The notes: generated from the sequence alone by a model not told the origin. DNA of 64,000 nucleotides from an uncultured Gemmatimonadota bacterium (GCA_964613475.1 CAZTGV010000002.1:14453-78452); one strand, 5' to 3'. Positions 17,933-26,951 are shown, counted from the first letter of the stretch. Translations and numbers: made by a program.

Positions 17933-18658
17933 TTACAGGCGCCTGAAGACGGCCTTCAGACGGAGGGCCCACACCCGCCAGACCGCCTCGCGGACGATCG
18001 CGCCGGACATCTTGCTCTCGCCCACGTCGCGATCCACGAAGACGATGGGAATCTCGCCGACCCGAAAGCCCGACTTCCACGCCCGGAAGCTCATCTCGAT
18101 CTGGAAGGCGTAGCCGGTGGAGCCGACGCTCTCGAGGTCTACGCTATCCAACACCGCGCGTCGAAAGCACTTGAAGCCGCTTGTCGCATCCGTCACTGGA
18201 AGTCCGGTGACCCAGCGGGCGTACTTGTTGGCGAGCCAGCTCAGAAGCAGCCGGCCCATGGGCCAGTTGATCACGTTCACGCCCCGCAGATAGCGGGAGC
18301 CGGCGACCACGTCGAAGCGCTCCTCGGCCGCCGCCAGGAGCTCCGGCAGGTGCTTCGGATCGTGGGACAGGTCGGCGTCCATCTCGAAGATGTAGTCGTA
18401 CCCCCGGTCGAGCGCCTCGCGGAACCCCGTCAGGTAGGCCGAGCCCAGGCCGAGCTTGCCCGGCCGGTGGAGCACGTCCACGCGCTCGCTCGCCGCGGCC
18501 AGCCGGTCGGCCACCGCGCCCGTCCCATCGGGGGAGGCGTCGTCGATCACCAGCACGTCCAGCCGCGGGTCCTCCTCGAGCACGCGGGTGACGACCTCCT
18601 CGAGCGTCTCCACCTCGTTGTAGGTGGGGAGGATCACCAGACCGCGCCCGGGCCTCAC
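17933..18658 (-). CDS. GT2 polyprenyl-phosphate sugar synthase (Dpm1/GtrB-like, soluble-type)
   Basis: VILPTYNE...VIDDASPDGT...DADLSHDP motifs of DPM1-like GT2. GTG start with GGAGG RBS. 4-nt overlap with the upstream UPF0104 gene stop. Confidence 0.85.
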   Translation of the reverse strand: MRPGRGLVILPTYNEVETLEEVVTRVLEEDPRLDVLVIDDASPDGTGAVADRLAAASERVDVLHRPGKLGLGSAYLTGFREALDRGYDYIFEMDADLSHDPKHLPELLAAAEERFDVVAGSRYLRGVNVINWPMGRLLLSWLANKYARWVTGLPVTDATSGFKCFRRAVLDSVDLESVGSTGYAFQIEMSFRAWKSGFRVGEIPIVFVDRDVGESKMSGAIVREAVWRVWALRLKAVFRRL

Positions 18659-19662
18659 GCTCCCTCCCCTCCCCGACGGGCGAGCGCCAGGGCCGCCGCC
18701 ACGGCCACCAGCTCGGCGACCGTGGCCCAGATGCGCGCCCCGACCGCGACCAGCGCGGCCACCGGGGCCGGTTGGGGGGTGAGCGCCACCAGCAACCCCG
18801 TCATGGCCCCTTCGCGGACCACCAGACCGCCCGGGGCGAGCACCACCAGGAAGCCGGCCACGTAGCTCGCGGCGAAGATGCCGGTGGCGGCCAGGGGCCC
18901 CGGCGTGGCGGCGGGTCCCACCGCGCCGCGGAGGAAGCACCAGAAGGCCGCCCCGTACAGGAGCCACACGCCGGCCAGGGCGACCCCCGCCCCGAGCAGC
19001 GCGCCCGGGGGGGCGGCCTCGCCGGCGCCGGCCGCCTCCTCTTCGCGCAGCCAGCGGGCGGCGATCCGGGTCGCCCGCCGGACGACGGCCGGATGGAGGA
19101 GGAGCGCCAGCAGGACCCCCACCGCCACGAGCGCCCAGGCCGATCCCGCGATCCGTCCGACCGCGTCCAGGCCCGCCAGGCCGGCGAAGGCGGCGCCCGT
19201 GAGGAGCGTCAGCACCTGCAGCTGGACGCTGGTGGCCACCGCCGCCGAGGCCGAGTGGCCGCGGGCGCGGAGGTAGATGGCCAGCCCCGAGAGCTGCCAG
19301 ACCTTGCCGGGGATGTAGCGCCCGAGGTTGGAGCCCATCCAGGCCGCCACGCCACGGCCCAACCCGATGCGGGCGCCCGTTCCCCGGAAGAGGAAGACCC
19401 ACGCGGCCGCGGTGACCCCGAGGGCCGCGGCCGCCAGGAGCGTGGCGGCGGCCAGCCAGCCGGCGTGCAGCCGCCACGGGAACCCCTGGACCTGCGCCCG
19501 CAGCCGCGACCATTCCCCGAAGCGCTCCGTCAGGAGCAGCGCGACGAAGAGTGCCGCGACCACCAGGAACGCCGCCGCGAGCCAGCGACGCGCTCCCCGA
19601 CGGGACCGGGGACCGAGCCGGCCCGGCTCCGCGCCCCGTCCTTCCCTGCCTCCGCCGCTCAG
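18655..19662 (-). CDS. UPF0104 / lysyl-PG-synthase-TM-like (flippase-like) membrane protein; no canonical start (CTG 19662 overlapping yfhO stop is the only candidate)
   Basis: C-terminal 315 aa of ORF 18655..22074: 8 TM helices with the WRLHAGWLAAATLL and GRYIPGKVWQ-type segments of PF03706. Upstream part of that ORF is shadow of yfhO in another frame. Confidence 0.6.
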   Translation of the reverse strand: MSGGGREGRGAEPGRLGPRSRRGARRWLAAAFLVVAALFVALLLTERFGEWSRLRAQVQGFPWRLHAGWLAAATLLAAAALGVTAAAWVFLFRGTGARIGLGRGVAAWMGSNLGRYIPGKVWQLSGLAIYLRARGHSASAAVATSVQLQVLTLLTGAAFAGLAGLDAVGRIAGSAWALVAVGVLLALLLHPAVVRRATRIAARWLREEEAAGAGEAAPPGALLGAGVALAGVWLLYGAAFWCFLRGAVGPAATPGPLAATGIFAASYVAGFLVVLAPGGLVVREGAMTGLLVALTPQPAPVAALVAVGARIWATVAELVAVAAALALARRGGEGA

Positions 19663-22190
19663 CGGGTCCGCCTCGAGCGTCGCCGGGCGATCGCGAGCCA
19701 CCCGGCGCCCAGCACGAGCCCGGCCAGCGAAGCCGCCGAGAGGACGCGTCCGAGCGCCAGGCCGGGCACCCGATAGGAGAGCCGCACCTCGTGCTCGCCG
19801 GCCGGCACGAGGACGCCCCGGAACGCCCCGTTCGTGCGATAGAGAGGAAGCGCCCGGCCGCCGGATCCCGCGGACCACCCCGGAGCCCACACCTCGCTCA
19901 CGAACAGGAGGCCTTCCCGCTCCGCCGAGACCGAGAGGACCACCTCGTCCGCCGTCCAGCGTGTCAGGCGCGCGGTGCCCCGGCCCGCCGGCGGCGCCTC
20001 CGAAGCCTCGACCACCGCCTCGGCTCGGCCGTCGGACAAGGCGAGGGTCCGCCGGACGGCCTCTTCCGGCTCCGTTACGGCCGAGATGCGCTCCGGGAAC
20101 CAGGCGTGCGGCGCCGCCTCCGCGACCTCGTACATCCGGATCTCCGCCCCCGGTCGTCCGCCGAAGCCGACCGGCCGCAGGAGCGGGACGTCGAGCTCGG
20201 AACGGGTCGTCAGGTACCGGAGGTCGAACATGGGCCACAGCACCGGATGCCGGAACAGCGCCTCGAAGCCCACGCCGCCCACCAGCTCCGCGTACCAGGA
20301 GAGCAGGAACTTCTGGGTGCCCGCGACGGTCGGGACGTCGTGCCGCATGAGATCGTTCGGATGGTAGGTCCCCTCCACGGGCAGGGCGCGCTCTCCGGGC
20401 TCGAGCGACTCCTGGAGGAACGCCACCGGCCCGTCCGCGGTGAAGAAGGGGGCGGCCTCCGCCATCCGGACGAAGCGGGCGTCCACCCGCCACAGGTCGG
20501 CCACCAGGACGAGGAGGAGGACCGGGAGCGGCCACGGGGGTAGGCCCAGGCCACGCGGGCGCGATCCCTCCTTCCCCGCCCCCTCCGGGCCGTCGCCGCC
20601 CCGGCGCGCCGCCCAGGCGGCGGCCAGCACCAGGACCCAGGCCGCCACCAGGAAGCCGCCGGAGGTCCGGAGCGCCCCCTCCAGCTCCGCCGGCGGCGTG
20701 CGCGGCCAGCCGCCCGGGAACCAGGCGTGATAGACGAAGTTCAGCAACCCGCCCGGCGCCAGCAGGGCCGCCAGCCCGAGAACGAGGAAGGGCGCGGCGA
20801 CGCCTCCGAGCGCCCAGGCGGAGAGCGGCCGTTCCCGGGTCCGGATCCGCTCCCACCCGACCCCGGCCAGCAGCGCGACGAACGCCGAGACCGGCGCGAG
20901 CATCATGGAAGGCGCCCGGAAGCTGTCCATCAGCGGGATCGCCGCGTACGCGACCCGGTGGACCGGCGTCGCGCCGCCCAGCGCGAACAGGATCCCCACC
21001 AGCGACGCTCCACCCAGGAACCACACGGTCCCCCGGGACGCCGGCTCCCCCGGCACGCGCCCTCCGACGGAGGCAGCGACCGCCACCACCGCGAGCGCAA
21101 TGGGTACGGCACCCAGATACTCCGTGTGCAGCTTGAACGGGTTCGCGCCCCAGTACGTATCCAGCCCCCCGATCAGGTCGGGCAGGAAGAGCGCGGTCAC
21201 TTCCTGCGGCGGGAGCGCCCAGGATGCCGCGAACTCGTAGCCCTCCTCGGCCGCGGCCCGCACGACGTGCTCGAGCAGCGCCGCGGTGGGGACGATCTGG
21301 ACCGCGGCCAATCCGGCGGCGAGGCCGAACGCCCCCGCCACCCACAGGGCGCGCCGCCAGGGCGCCCGCTGCGCCGCGCGGGCGGGTCCGCGCTCGACCC
21401 GGGAAGCCGAGCGCCCCCCCGCCGGCTCGGCCGCCGCCGTCCGGTGGATCTCCCACAGCCGGAAGGCCGCGTAGGCGACGAGGGCGAGCGAGGAGAAGTA
21501 CATGACCTGCGCGTGCGGGGTGAGGAGCTGCAGGGCCAGCGCCGCCGCGAGGCCGAGGAACCATCCCGCCTCCCCGCTCCGGAGGCCGCGCTCCAGGAGC
21601 CCCAGCGCCAGCGGGATGAGCACGATCGCGAACATCCGACCGTCGTGCCCGCCGTACAGGGTGGAGAGGAGATAGCCGGAGAACATGAAGGCGAGCCCGC
21701 ACACCGCCGCCGCGGACCGGCCGAACCGGAAGGCGCGGGCCGCGAAGTAGGCGAAGGCGCCGGCCAGGAACAGGTGCAGCACGAAGGTCCAGCCGATCGC
21801 CCGGTGGAGCGGGAGCGCCAGGTAGAGGAGACTCGAGGGATAGAAGAGCGGCCCGGGCAGCGTGGCCAGGAATGGATGGCCCCCGTTCAGGTAGGGATTC
21901 CAGCCCGGGAGCCCGCGCCCGGCGCGCAGCTCCTCGAGCGCGAACCGGCGCAGCGGAAGGCCCTCCAGGATCATGTCGCTCCCGAAGAGCATCCGCTCGG
22001 CGTGGAAGACGAACTCCCGGAAGAAGAGGAGCGCCAGGATGGCCGTGCCGAGCGCGAAGGCGGCGTCCGCCCACCGCCCCCGGCGGACGCCGCCGTTCGG
22101 TGACGCGGGTGCGCCCGAAAGCGGCGTCCGCCCACCTTCCTCCGGCGGCGGCCCCTTCCCCGCCCCGCGCTCCGATCTCGGATGGCTCAT
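19659..22190 (-). CDS. YfhO-like GT-C membrane glycosyltransferase (843 aa)
   Basis: Roughly 13 TM helices plus a large C-terminal extracytoplasmic domain. N-terminal region FGSDMILEGLPLRRF...WNPYLNGGHPF resembles YfhO family. ATG at 22190 (aa 123 of ORF 19659..22556); 4-nt overlap with the methyltransferase stop. Confidence 0.65.
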   Translation of the reverse strand: MSHPRSERGAGKGPPPEEGGRTPLSGAPASPNGGVRRGRWADAAFALGTAILALLFFREFVFHAERMLFGSDMILEGLPLRRFALEELRAGRGLPGWNPYLNGGHPFLATLPGPLFYPSSLLYLALPLHRAIGWTFVLHLFLAGAFAYFAARAFRFGRSAAAVCGLAFMFSGYLLSTLYGGHDGRMFAIVLIPLALGLLERGLRSGEAGWFLGLAAALALQLLTPHAQVMYFSSLALVAYAAFRLWEIHRTAAAEPAGGRSASRVERGPARAAQRAPWRRALWVAGAFGLAAGLAAVQIVPTAALLEHVVRAAAEEGYEFAASWALPPQEVTALFLPDLIGGLDTYWGANPFKLHTEYLGAVPIALAVVAVAASVGGRVPGEPASRGTVWFLGGASLVGILFALGGATPVHRVAYAAIPLMDSFRAPSMMLAPVSAFVALLAGVGWERIRTRERPLSAWALGGVAAPFLVLGLAALLAPGGLLNFVYHAWFPGGWPRTPPAELEGALRTSGGFLVAAWVLVLAAAWAARRGGDGPEGAGKEGSRPRGLGLPPWPLPVLLLVLVADLWRVDARFVRMAEAAPFFTADGPVAFLQESLEPGERALPVEGTYHPNDLMRHDVPTVAGTQKFLLSWYAELVGGVGFEALFRHPVLWPMFDLRYLTTRSELDVPLLRPVGFGGRPGAEIRMYEVAEAAPHAWFPERISAVTEPEEAVRRTLALSDGRAEAVVEASEAPPAGRGTARLTRWTADEVVLSVSAEREGLLFVSEVWAPGWSAGSGGRALPLYRTNGAFRGVLVPAGEHEVRLSYRVPGLALGRVLSAASLAGLVLGAGWLAIARRRSRRTR

Positions 22191-23032
22191 GGTTCCGCCG
22201 CCCCTCGCTCCGCCGACGCGGTCCGCGCCCTGCCCGGCTCCGCCGACGCGGTCCGCGGCCCCGGCCGCTCCGCCGGCTTCTCGAGCAGAAAGAACCATTG
22301 CGGCGAGGCCGCGTGCAAGAGCGGCCGCCGGAGGACGCCGGGAAGCGCGCGCAGGAGCCTGGCCGCGATCCGCCACGGCCGGCCCCGGGAGGCGTCCACC
22401 AGCGCCATCGCCCGCTCCGTGCGGTCCCGCACCCGAAAGCCGGCCTCCCGCATCATCCGCAGTAGCGGCCCGCGGGTCCGGAAGCGGATTCCCTCGTAGC
22501 GCCGCCCCCGGCCCGTCCACCGCAGGTAGCGGTCGGCGAGCGGCCGGGGCAGCCAAGAGAGGAACGGGAGCCGGTAGTGCGGCTCCACGACCGCCAACCG
22601 GTTGCCCGCGGCCACGTAGGCCGCGCCGCCGGGGCGCAGCGCGCGGAACGCCTCGCGGAAGAGAGCCCCCTGGGCTTCCACGTGCTCGTACAGGTGGTTG
22701 AGGAGGAGGAAGTCGAGCGCGCCGTCCGCCACCGGAAGCCGGGTCACGTCGGCCACCGCCGTGCCACGTGGATGCTCGATGAACGACCGGTCCAACTCGA
22801 ATCCGTAGATGTATTTGCCTGTCTTGTCCTCGAGCGTCTTCTTGATGAGGCCGGTCCCGGATCCCAGGTCCGCCACCCGGTCGGCTGCGGCCAGCTCATC
22901 GGCGCACAGGCGGAGGATCACCCGGCCCTTCCGGGCCCGTTCGGCCCGGTAGCCGGCCGACCGCAGGCGGCGATCGTACGCGTCGCCCGCCACCCCCGCA
23001 TGACCACCTCCCCCACCCGCGCGGTCGCTCAT
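22187..23032 (-). CDS. Class I SAM-dependent methyltransferase with repeat-containing C-terminus
   Basis: Motif I VADLGSGTG, Methyltransf_11/23-like core. C-terminal RTASAE repeats are encoded by a 30-bp tandem DNA repeat. Confidence 0.75.
   Translation of the reverse strand: MSDRAGGGGGHAGVAGDAYDRRLRSAGYRAERARKGRVILRLCADELAAADRVADLGSGTGLIKKTLEDKTGKYIYGFELDRSFIEHPRGTAVADVTRLPVADGALDFLLLNHLYEHVEAQGALFREAFRALRPGGAAYVAAGNRLAVVEPHYRLPFLSWLPRPLADRYLRWTGRGRRYEGIRFRTRGPLLRMMREAGFRVRDRTERAMALVDASRGRPWRIAARLLRALPGVLRRPLLHAASPQWFFLLEKPAERPGPRTASAEPGRARTASAERGAAEP
22207..22276. repeat. 30-bp tandem direct repeat (about 2.3 copies: GCTCCGCCGACGCGGTCCGCGNCCNNGCCN) inside the 3' end of the methyltransferase gene, overlapping the yfhO start
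   Basis: Two near-identical 21-nt cores at ~22207 and ~22237, with a degenerate third copy at ~22267. They encode RTASAE(P/R)G peptide repeats. Confidence 0.6.
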
Positions 23033-23063
23033 CCGGGTCCGCGGTCCCCGGCCGCGCGGTGTC

Positions 23064-24386
23064 TCATTCCGCCCGGCCGTCCCCGGCGCGGTGCACGATC
23101 GCCCCCCGGTAGCAATCCAGCAGGTCGTCCACCACGCGCTCCCAGGAGAACCGCTCGCTCGCCCATCGCCGGCCCGCCTCGGCCACCCGACGTGCCTCCT
23201 CCGGCGCCGCGGCCACGGCCAGGATCCGCGCCGCCAGCGCCTCCGGGTCCCCCGGCGGCACCAGCCAGCCGGTCTCCCCGTGCCTCACGATGTCCGGAAT
23301 GCCGCCCACCGCGGAGCCGATCACCGGCCGTCCGAAGCGGAGCGCCTCGAGGAGCACCACCCCGAGCCCCTCGGTGTCCCCTTTCCGGTCGACCACCGCG
23401 GGCAGCACGAAGACGTCGCAGCGCGCGTACAGGTCGCGCAGCGTCGCCGCCGGCACGCGGCCGGTGAAGCGGACCCGCTCCTCGACGCCTGCCTCGCGAG
23501 CCGCCCGGCGGATCCGGGGCTCCCGCTCGCCCTCGCCCACCACCGTGAGGCGGGCCGGCCGCTCCCTCAGGATCCGCGGCAGCGCCCGGACCAGGACCTC
23601 CACCCCCTTGCGCTCGACCAGCCGGCCCACGAAGAGGAGCTCGATCGGCCCCTCTCCGGCCAACGGCGGGACGGCCTCGCGCTCCGGACTCTCAGCGCCT
23701 TCGGCCCGCTCGAGCGCGGCGGCGAAGGGGATCACCCGGGCCTCCCTCCCCCCGAGGGCGCGCACCCGCGCCGCCGTGGGCGTCGAGATCGCCGTCACCT
23801 CGTCCGCCGTCCGGATCGTCCAGCGCAAAAAAGATCTCAGCCATCGGAGCCGCCGCTCCACCCAGCGCAGCTCGACGCTGTAGTAGCTGCACACGAGCGC
23901 CGTCCGTCCCCCCGAGGCGCGCCGGGCCGCCGCGCCGAGCAGGGCGTGCGGCATCGGCCAGTGCACGTGGACCACGTCCGGCCGCTCCCGCCCCAGCCGC
24001 CACGAAGCGCCCACCCCCCCGGCCAGGTAGGCCGGCAGCAGGGCGGACCAGGCCGGACGCGCGGCGAGCCGGTCGGGGACCGTCTGGTCGTGGGTGAGCC
24101 GCTCGAGCGGCGCGGGGGCGTACCGGAAGCGGTGGACGGGGATGCCCGGCCCGCGCGCGTCGGACGGATCGGAGCCGCCGGCGCCACTGGCGACGGAGCC
24201 GGAGGCGCCCGTGGCGACGCGGCCGGTGGTGCCGGCGGTCCCCGGCGGTCCGCCCCGGTAGGCCGGCGCCAGCACCTCCGCCTCCACGCCCCGCTCCCGC
24301 AGGCGGCCGAGCAAGGTGACCAGCCAGGGCGTGATCACGTCCTCCGGCCCGCGCGGCCACGCGGTCACCACGTGGATCACCCTCAT
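23064..24386 (-). CDS. GT4 family glycosyltransferase (GT-B, 'glycos_transf_1')
   Basis: C-terminal EX7E-type region (GLGVVLLEALRFGRPVIGSAVGGIPDIV). ATG at 24386 (aa 196 of ORF 23064..24971) overlaps the upstream GT39 stop by 4 nt. Confidence 0.85.
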   Translation of the reverse strand: MRVIHVVTAWPRGPEDVITPWLVTLLGRLRERGVEAEVLAPAYRGGPPGTAGTTGRVATGASGSVASGAGGSDPSDARGPGIPVHRFRYAPAPLERLTHDQTVPDRLAARPAWSALLPAYLAGGVGASWRLGRERPDVVHVHWPMPHALLGAAARRASGGRTALVCSYYSVELRWVERRLRWLRSFLRWTIRTADEVTAISTPTAARVRALGGREARVIPFAAALERAEGAESPEREAVPPLAGEGPIELLFVGRLVERKGVEVLVRALPRILRERPARLTVVGEGEREPRIRRAAREAGVEERVRFTGRVPAATLRDLYARCDVFVLPAVVDRKGDTEGLGVVLLEALRFGRPVIGSAVGGIPDIVRHGETGWLVPPGDPEALAARILAVAAAPEEARRVAEAGRRWASERFSWERVVDDLLDCYRGAIVHRAGDGRAE

Positions 24387-25981
24387 CGTCCCGCGGCACC
24401 CTCCTTCGTCACGGCGTGCGCCGTGCGGGGCGGCGGCAGGAAGCGGAGCACGAGCGTCACCGGATCGCCCCCCTCGTACGCCACGTCGAACCGGCTCCGG
24501 TGGGCGCGGATGGCCGGGAGCAGGTAGCGGAAGGTGGTCCCGCTCACCTGGTCCACCACCACGAAGTCGGCCCCCATCGCCTCCAGGCCGGTGACCACCA
24601 CGTCCGGATCGGTCGAAAAGGGATAGACGTCCCCCCGGCGCCGGCCGACCCAGTAGAAGAGGCTGGGCTTCCGGTTCGCGATTACCGCGTCGGCCGGCGT
24701 ATGCTCTCCGGCCCAGCGCGCCGCCGCGTACAGACTGCCGAAGGCGGGTGGGTCGCAGGGCGTCCCCGACCGGTAGGCGGCCAGGCAACGCGCCCGCTCC
24801 GGGGCCAGCGTCGCGGCCGACCGGACCGCCGGCAGCGCGATCAGGAGGGCGGCCGCGATCGCCGCCGCCGTTCCGCGTCCGGCCCATCGGCGACCCGTCG
24901 CGGCGGCCCCCCCCATCGCGTAGAGCAGCAGGAGCGGCGCGAGCGGCAGGAGGAAGCGGGCATCGGTCCATACCTCAGGCCACAGGAGGATCAGCCCGGC
25001 GTAGAGGGCGGTGAACAGCTCGGGGGCTCCGAGGCGGTGGAGCGCGCGCACGATCCACCCCCCCAGCGCCAGGGCGGCCACGCCGAAGCCGAGCGCCACC
25101 GTCGCGCCGCCCAGCTCGTGGGGCGGCATCCCCGCGAAGGCCGCCGGAAGGACCTCGGAGAGGTAGGCCCACGCGTTCCCGGCGGCCCGGGCCAGAAACT
25201 CCGCCGGCCCGACGGCGCCGGCCGCCGGATCGTAGGGGTCGCGCAGGAGGAGCTCCTCCAGGTAGCCGGCCTGCCCGGGCGGAGCCGCTCGCTGGACCGC
25301 GGCCCACCCGGCCATCGCCGCCGCGGCGGCGCTCGCGGCGGCCGCCGCCCGCCCCCAGCGGCGGGCCAGCAGCGGCAGCGCCACCGCGGCCGCCAGCAGC
25401 GGGAGCCCGGCCGTCCGCGTGAGGAAGGCGGCCACCGCCGCCGCCACCCCGAGCCCGAACGCCCGCGCGCCTTCCTCCTCGGCGCGCTCGAGCCACCGGA
25501 GCGACAGGAGCGCCAGGAGGACGAACGGCGCCTCGGAGAGCACCCAGTGCCCGTAGTCGAGCAGCACGGGGTGGAGCGCCACCAGGCCCGCGGCCAGCAG
25601 GGCCGGGGCGGCCCCGATCAGGCGTCGGCCGAGCCGCGCGGTCAGCCACACCGCACCGGCGGTGCACGCCAGCGAGGCGAGCTTGAAGAGCTGAAGGCCG
25701 CCCAGCCAACCGAGGACCGCCAGACCGGCCGGGTAGAGAGGCGGATACTTGGTGTGGATCGGCGTATCCGGCAGGTAGAGGTCCCGGTAGCCGGCGCCCT
25801 CGCGGAGGGCCTCTCCGAGGAGCATATAGATCGCGTTGTCGCCGCCCGGGTGGAGGATCGGCTCGAAGAGGAGGATGCCGAGCAGCAGGTGCAGCCCGAC
25901 GGCGCCGAGCGCCCAGCCCCGGAAGGAGAGTCCGAGCAGGGACCAGGCGGCGCGAGGGGCCTCCCCCCGCCCCGCGCTCAC
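24383..25981 (-). CDS. GT-C membrane glycosyltransferase, ArnT/PMT-like (GT39/GT83 family)
   Basis: 532 aa with ~11 TM helices. N-terminal loop with conserved acidic/aromatic residues (GDNAIYMLLGEAL...YPPLYP) typical of PMT_2/ArnT-like transferases. GTG start. Confidence 0.7.
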   Translation of the reverse strand: MSAGRGEAPRAAWSLLGLSFRGWALGAVGLHLLLGILLFEPILHPGGDNAIYMLLGEALREGAGYRDLYLPDTPIHTKYPPLYPAGLAVLGWLGGLQLFKLASLACTAGAVWLTARLGRRLIGAAPALLAAGLVALHPVLLDYGHWVLSEAPFVLLALLSLRWLERAEEEGARAFGLGVAAAVAAFLTRTAGLPLLAAAVALPLLARRWGRAAAAASAAAAAMAGWAAVQRAAPPGQAGYLEELLLRDPYDPAAGAVGPAEFLARAAGNAWAYLSEVLPAAFAGMPPHELGGATVALGFGVAALALGGWIVRALHRLGAPELFTALYAGLILLWPEVWTDARFLLPLAPLLLLYAMGGAAATGRRWAGRGTAAAIAAALLIALPAVRSAATLAPERARCLAAYRSGTPCDPPAFGSLYAAARWAGEHTPADAVIANRKPSLFYWVGRRRGDVYPFSTDPDVVVTGLEAMGADFVVVDQVSGTTFRYLLPAIRAHRSRFDVAYEGGDPVTLVLRFLPPPRTAHAVTKEGAAGR

Positions 25982-25985
25982 CCGG

Positions 25986-26951
25986 TCACGCCCTCCGGTC
26001 CCGTCGCAGCTCCTCGATCTCCGCCCGGAGCGAGGCCACCATCTCGGCCAGGAAGCCCAGGACGAACAGGAGCAGGCCCGAGACGACCAGCAGGAGCACC
26101 AGGGTGAGGAGCGGCCGGTAACCCTGCCCGAGGCCGAAGCGGAGCCAGAGGGCGACCAGGCCCGTCAGCCCCCCGAGGGCGAGCAGGCCCAGGCCGGTCA
26201 CCCCGAAGAAGAGCATCGGCTTCCGGCTGAACACGAGCTGGAACCAGATGGCGATCAGGTCCAGCATGCCGATCACGATCCGGCCCCGGCCCGCGTACTT
26301 GGGCTCGCCGTGGCGCCGCGGGTACAGGCGGATGTCGATCTCGGTGATGCTGAAGCCGCGCGCGTGCGCCAGCACCACCAGGAAGCGGTGCCAGTCCTTC
26401 CGCAGCCGCAGCTCCTCCAGCACGCCGCGCCGGAACGCCTTCATCGCGTTCATGTCGTGCGCGGGGACGCGGAACACCCGCCGCGTCAGCCAGTTGTAGA
26501 TGCCGGAGACGAGCCGCTTCTCGTACGTCCCGACCTTCCGCCCCGCCACCACGTCCCAACCCTCCTCCAGCTTCTCCACGAAGCGCGGGATCTCCCCGGG
26601 AGAGTGCTGGAGATCGGCATCGAACAGGACCAGGTACTCGCCCCGGGCCGCCCGGGCTCCCGTGAGCAGCGCCTCCGTCTTCCCCCGGTTGCGCCGATGC
26701 CGGAGGAGGCGGGCGTCCGGGAGTCCGGCCTCGGCGGCCGCCCGGCGCGCGGCCTCCAGGGTGCCGTCGGTGGAGCCGTCGTCCACCAGCACGACCTCCG
26801 CGTCCACGGACCCGGAGGCGAAGGCGGCGGCGAGCTCGCGGAAGAGGTCCGGCATGTTCTCGGCCTCGTTGAAGGCCGGGATGATGACCGACGTGCGGTG
26901 GGTGAGCTGTACGCTGGGGGGTGGGGCGCGCTCGGAAACGGCCCCGCTCAT
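25986..26951 (-). CDS. GT2 polyprenyl-phosphate glycosyltransferase (ArnC/GtrB-like, with 2 C-terminal TM helices)
   Basis: VIIPAFNEAEN...VLVDDGSTDGT...DADLQHSP motifs plus C-terminal TM pair, as in ArnC/GtrB. ATG at 26951 overlaps rpoN stop (ATGA). Confidence 0.85.
   Translation of the reverse strand: MSGAVSERAPPPSVQLTHRTSVIIPAFNEAENMPDLFRELAAAFASGSVDAEVVLVDDGSTDGTLEAARRAAAEAGLPDARLLRHRRNRGKTEALLTGARAARGEYLVLFDADLQHSPGEIPRFVEKLEEGWDVVAGRKVGTYEKRLVSGIYNWLTRRVFRVPAHDMNAMKAFRRGVLEELRLRKDWHRFLVVLAHARGFSITEIDIRLYPRRHGEPKYAGRGRIVIGMLDLIAIWFQLVFSRKPMLFFGVTGLGLLALGGLTGLVALWLRFGLGQGYRPLLTLVLLLVVSGLLLFVLGFLAEMVASLRAEIEELRRDRRA

Noticed and set aside
22207-22276. Tandem repeats considered as a CRISPR array or minisatellite
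   Set aside because: Only about 2.3 copies, no spacers, and the repeats are in-frame coding sequence. A similar case is the nuoL duplication at 56834..56890.
22795-22812. tRNA-like T-arm string (..TCGAATCC..) and a general scan for tRNA/rRNA genes
   Set aside because: The string lies inside the methyltransferase coding frame and has no surrounding cloverleaf complementarity. No rRNA-like or tRNA-like segments were found anywhere in the window.
23064-24971. Long N-terminal extensions of several ORFs (GT4 635 aa, rpoN 527 aa, lptB 297 aa, nuoG 908 aa, nuoJ 333 aa, pyrG 631 aa, sucD 354 aa, PMM 760 aa, GT2 633 aa)
   Set aside because: The upstream in-frame regions are low-complexity and overlap the preceding gene. 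Internal ATG/GTG codons that restore family-typical lengths also create 4-nt overlaps or sit after RBS-like GGAGG motifs, so the shorter forms were called.
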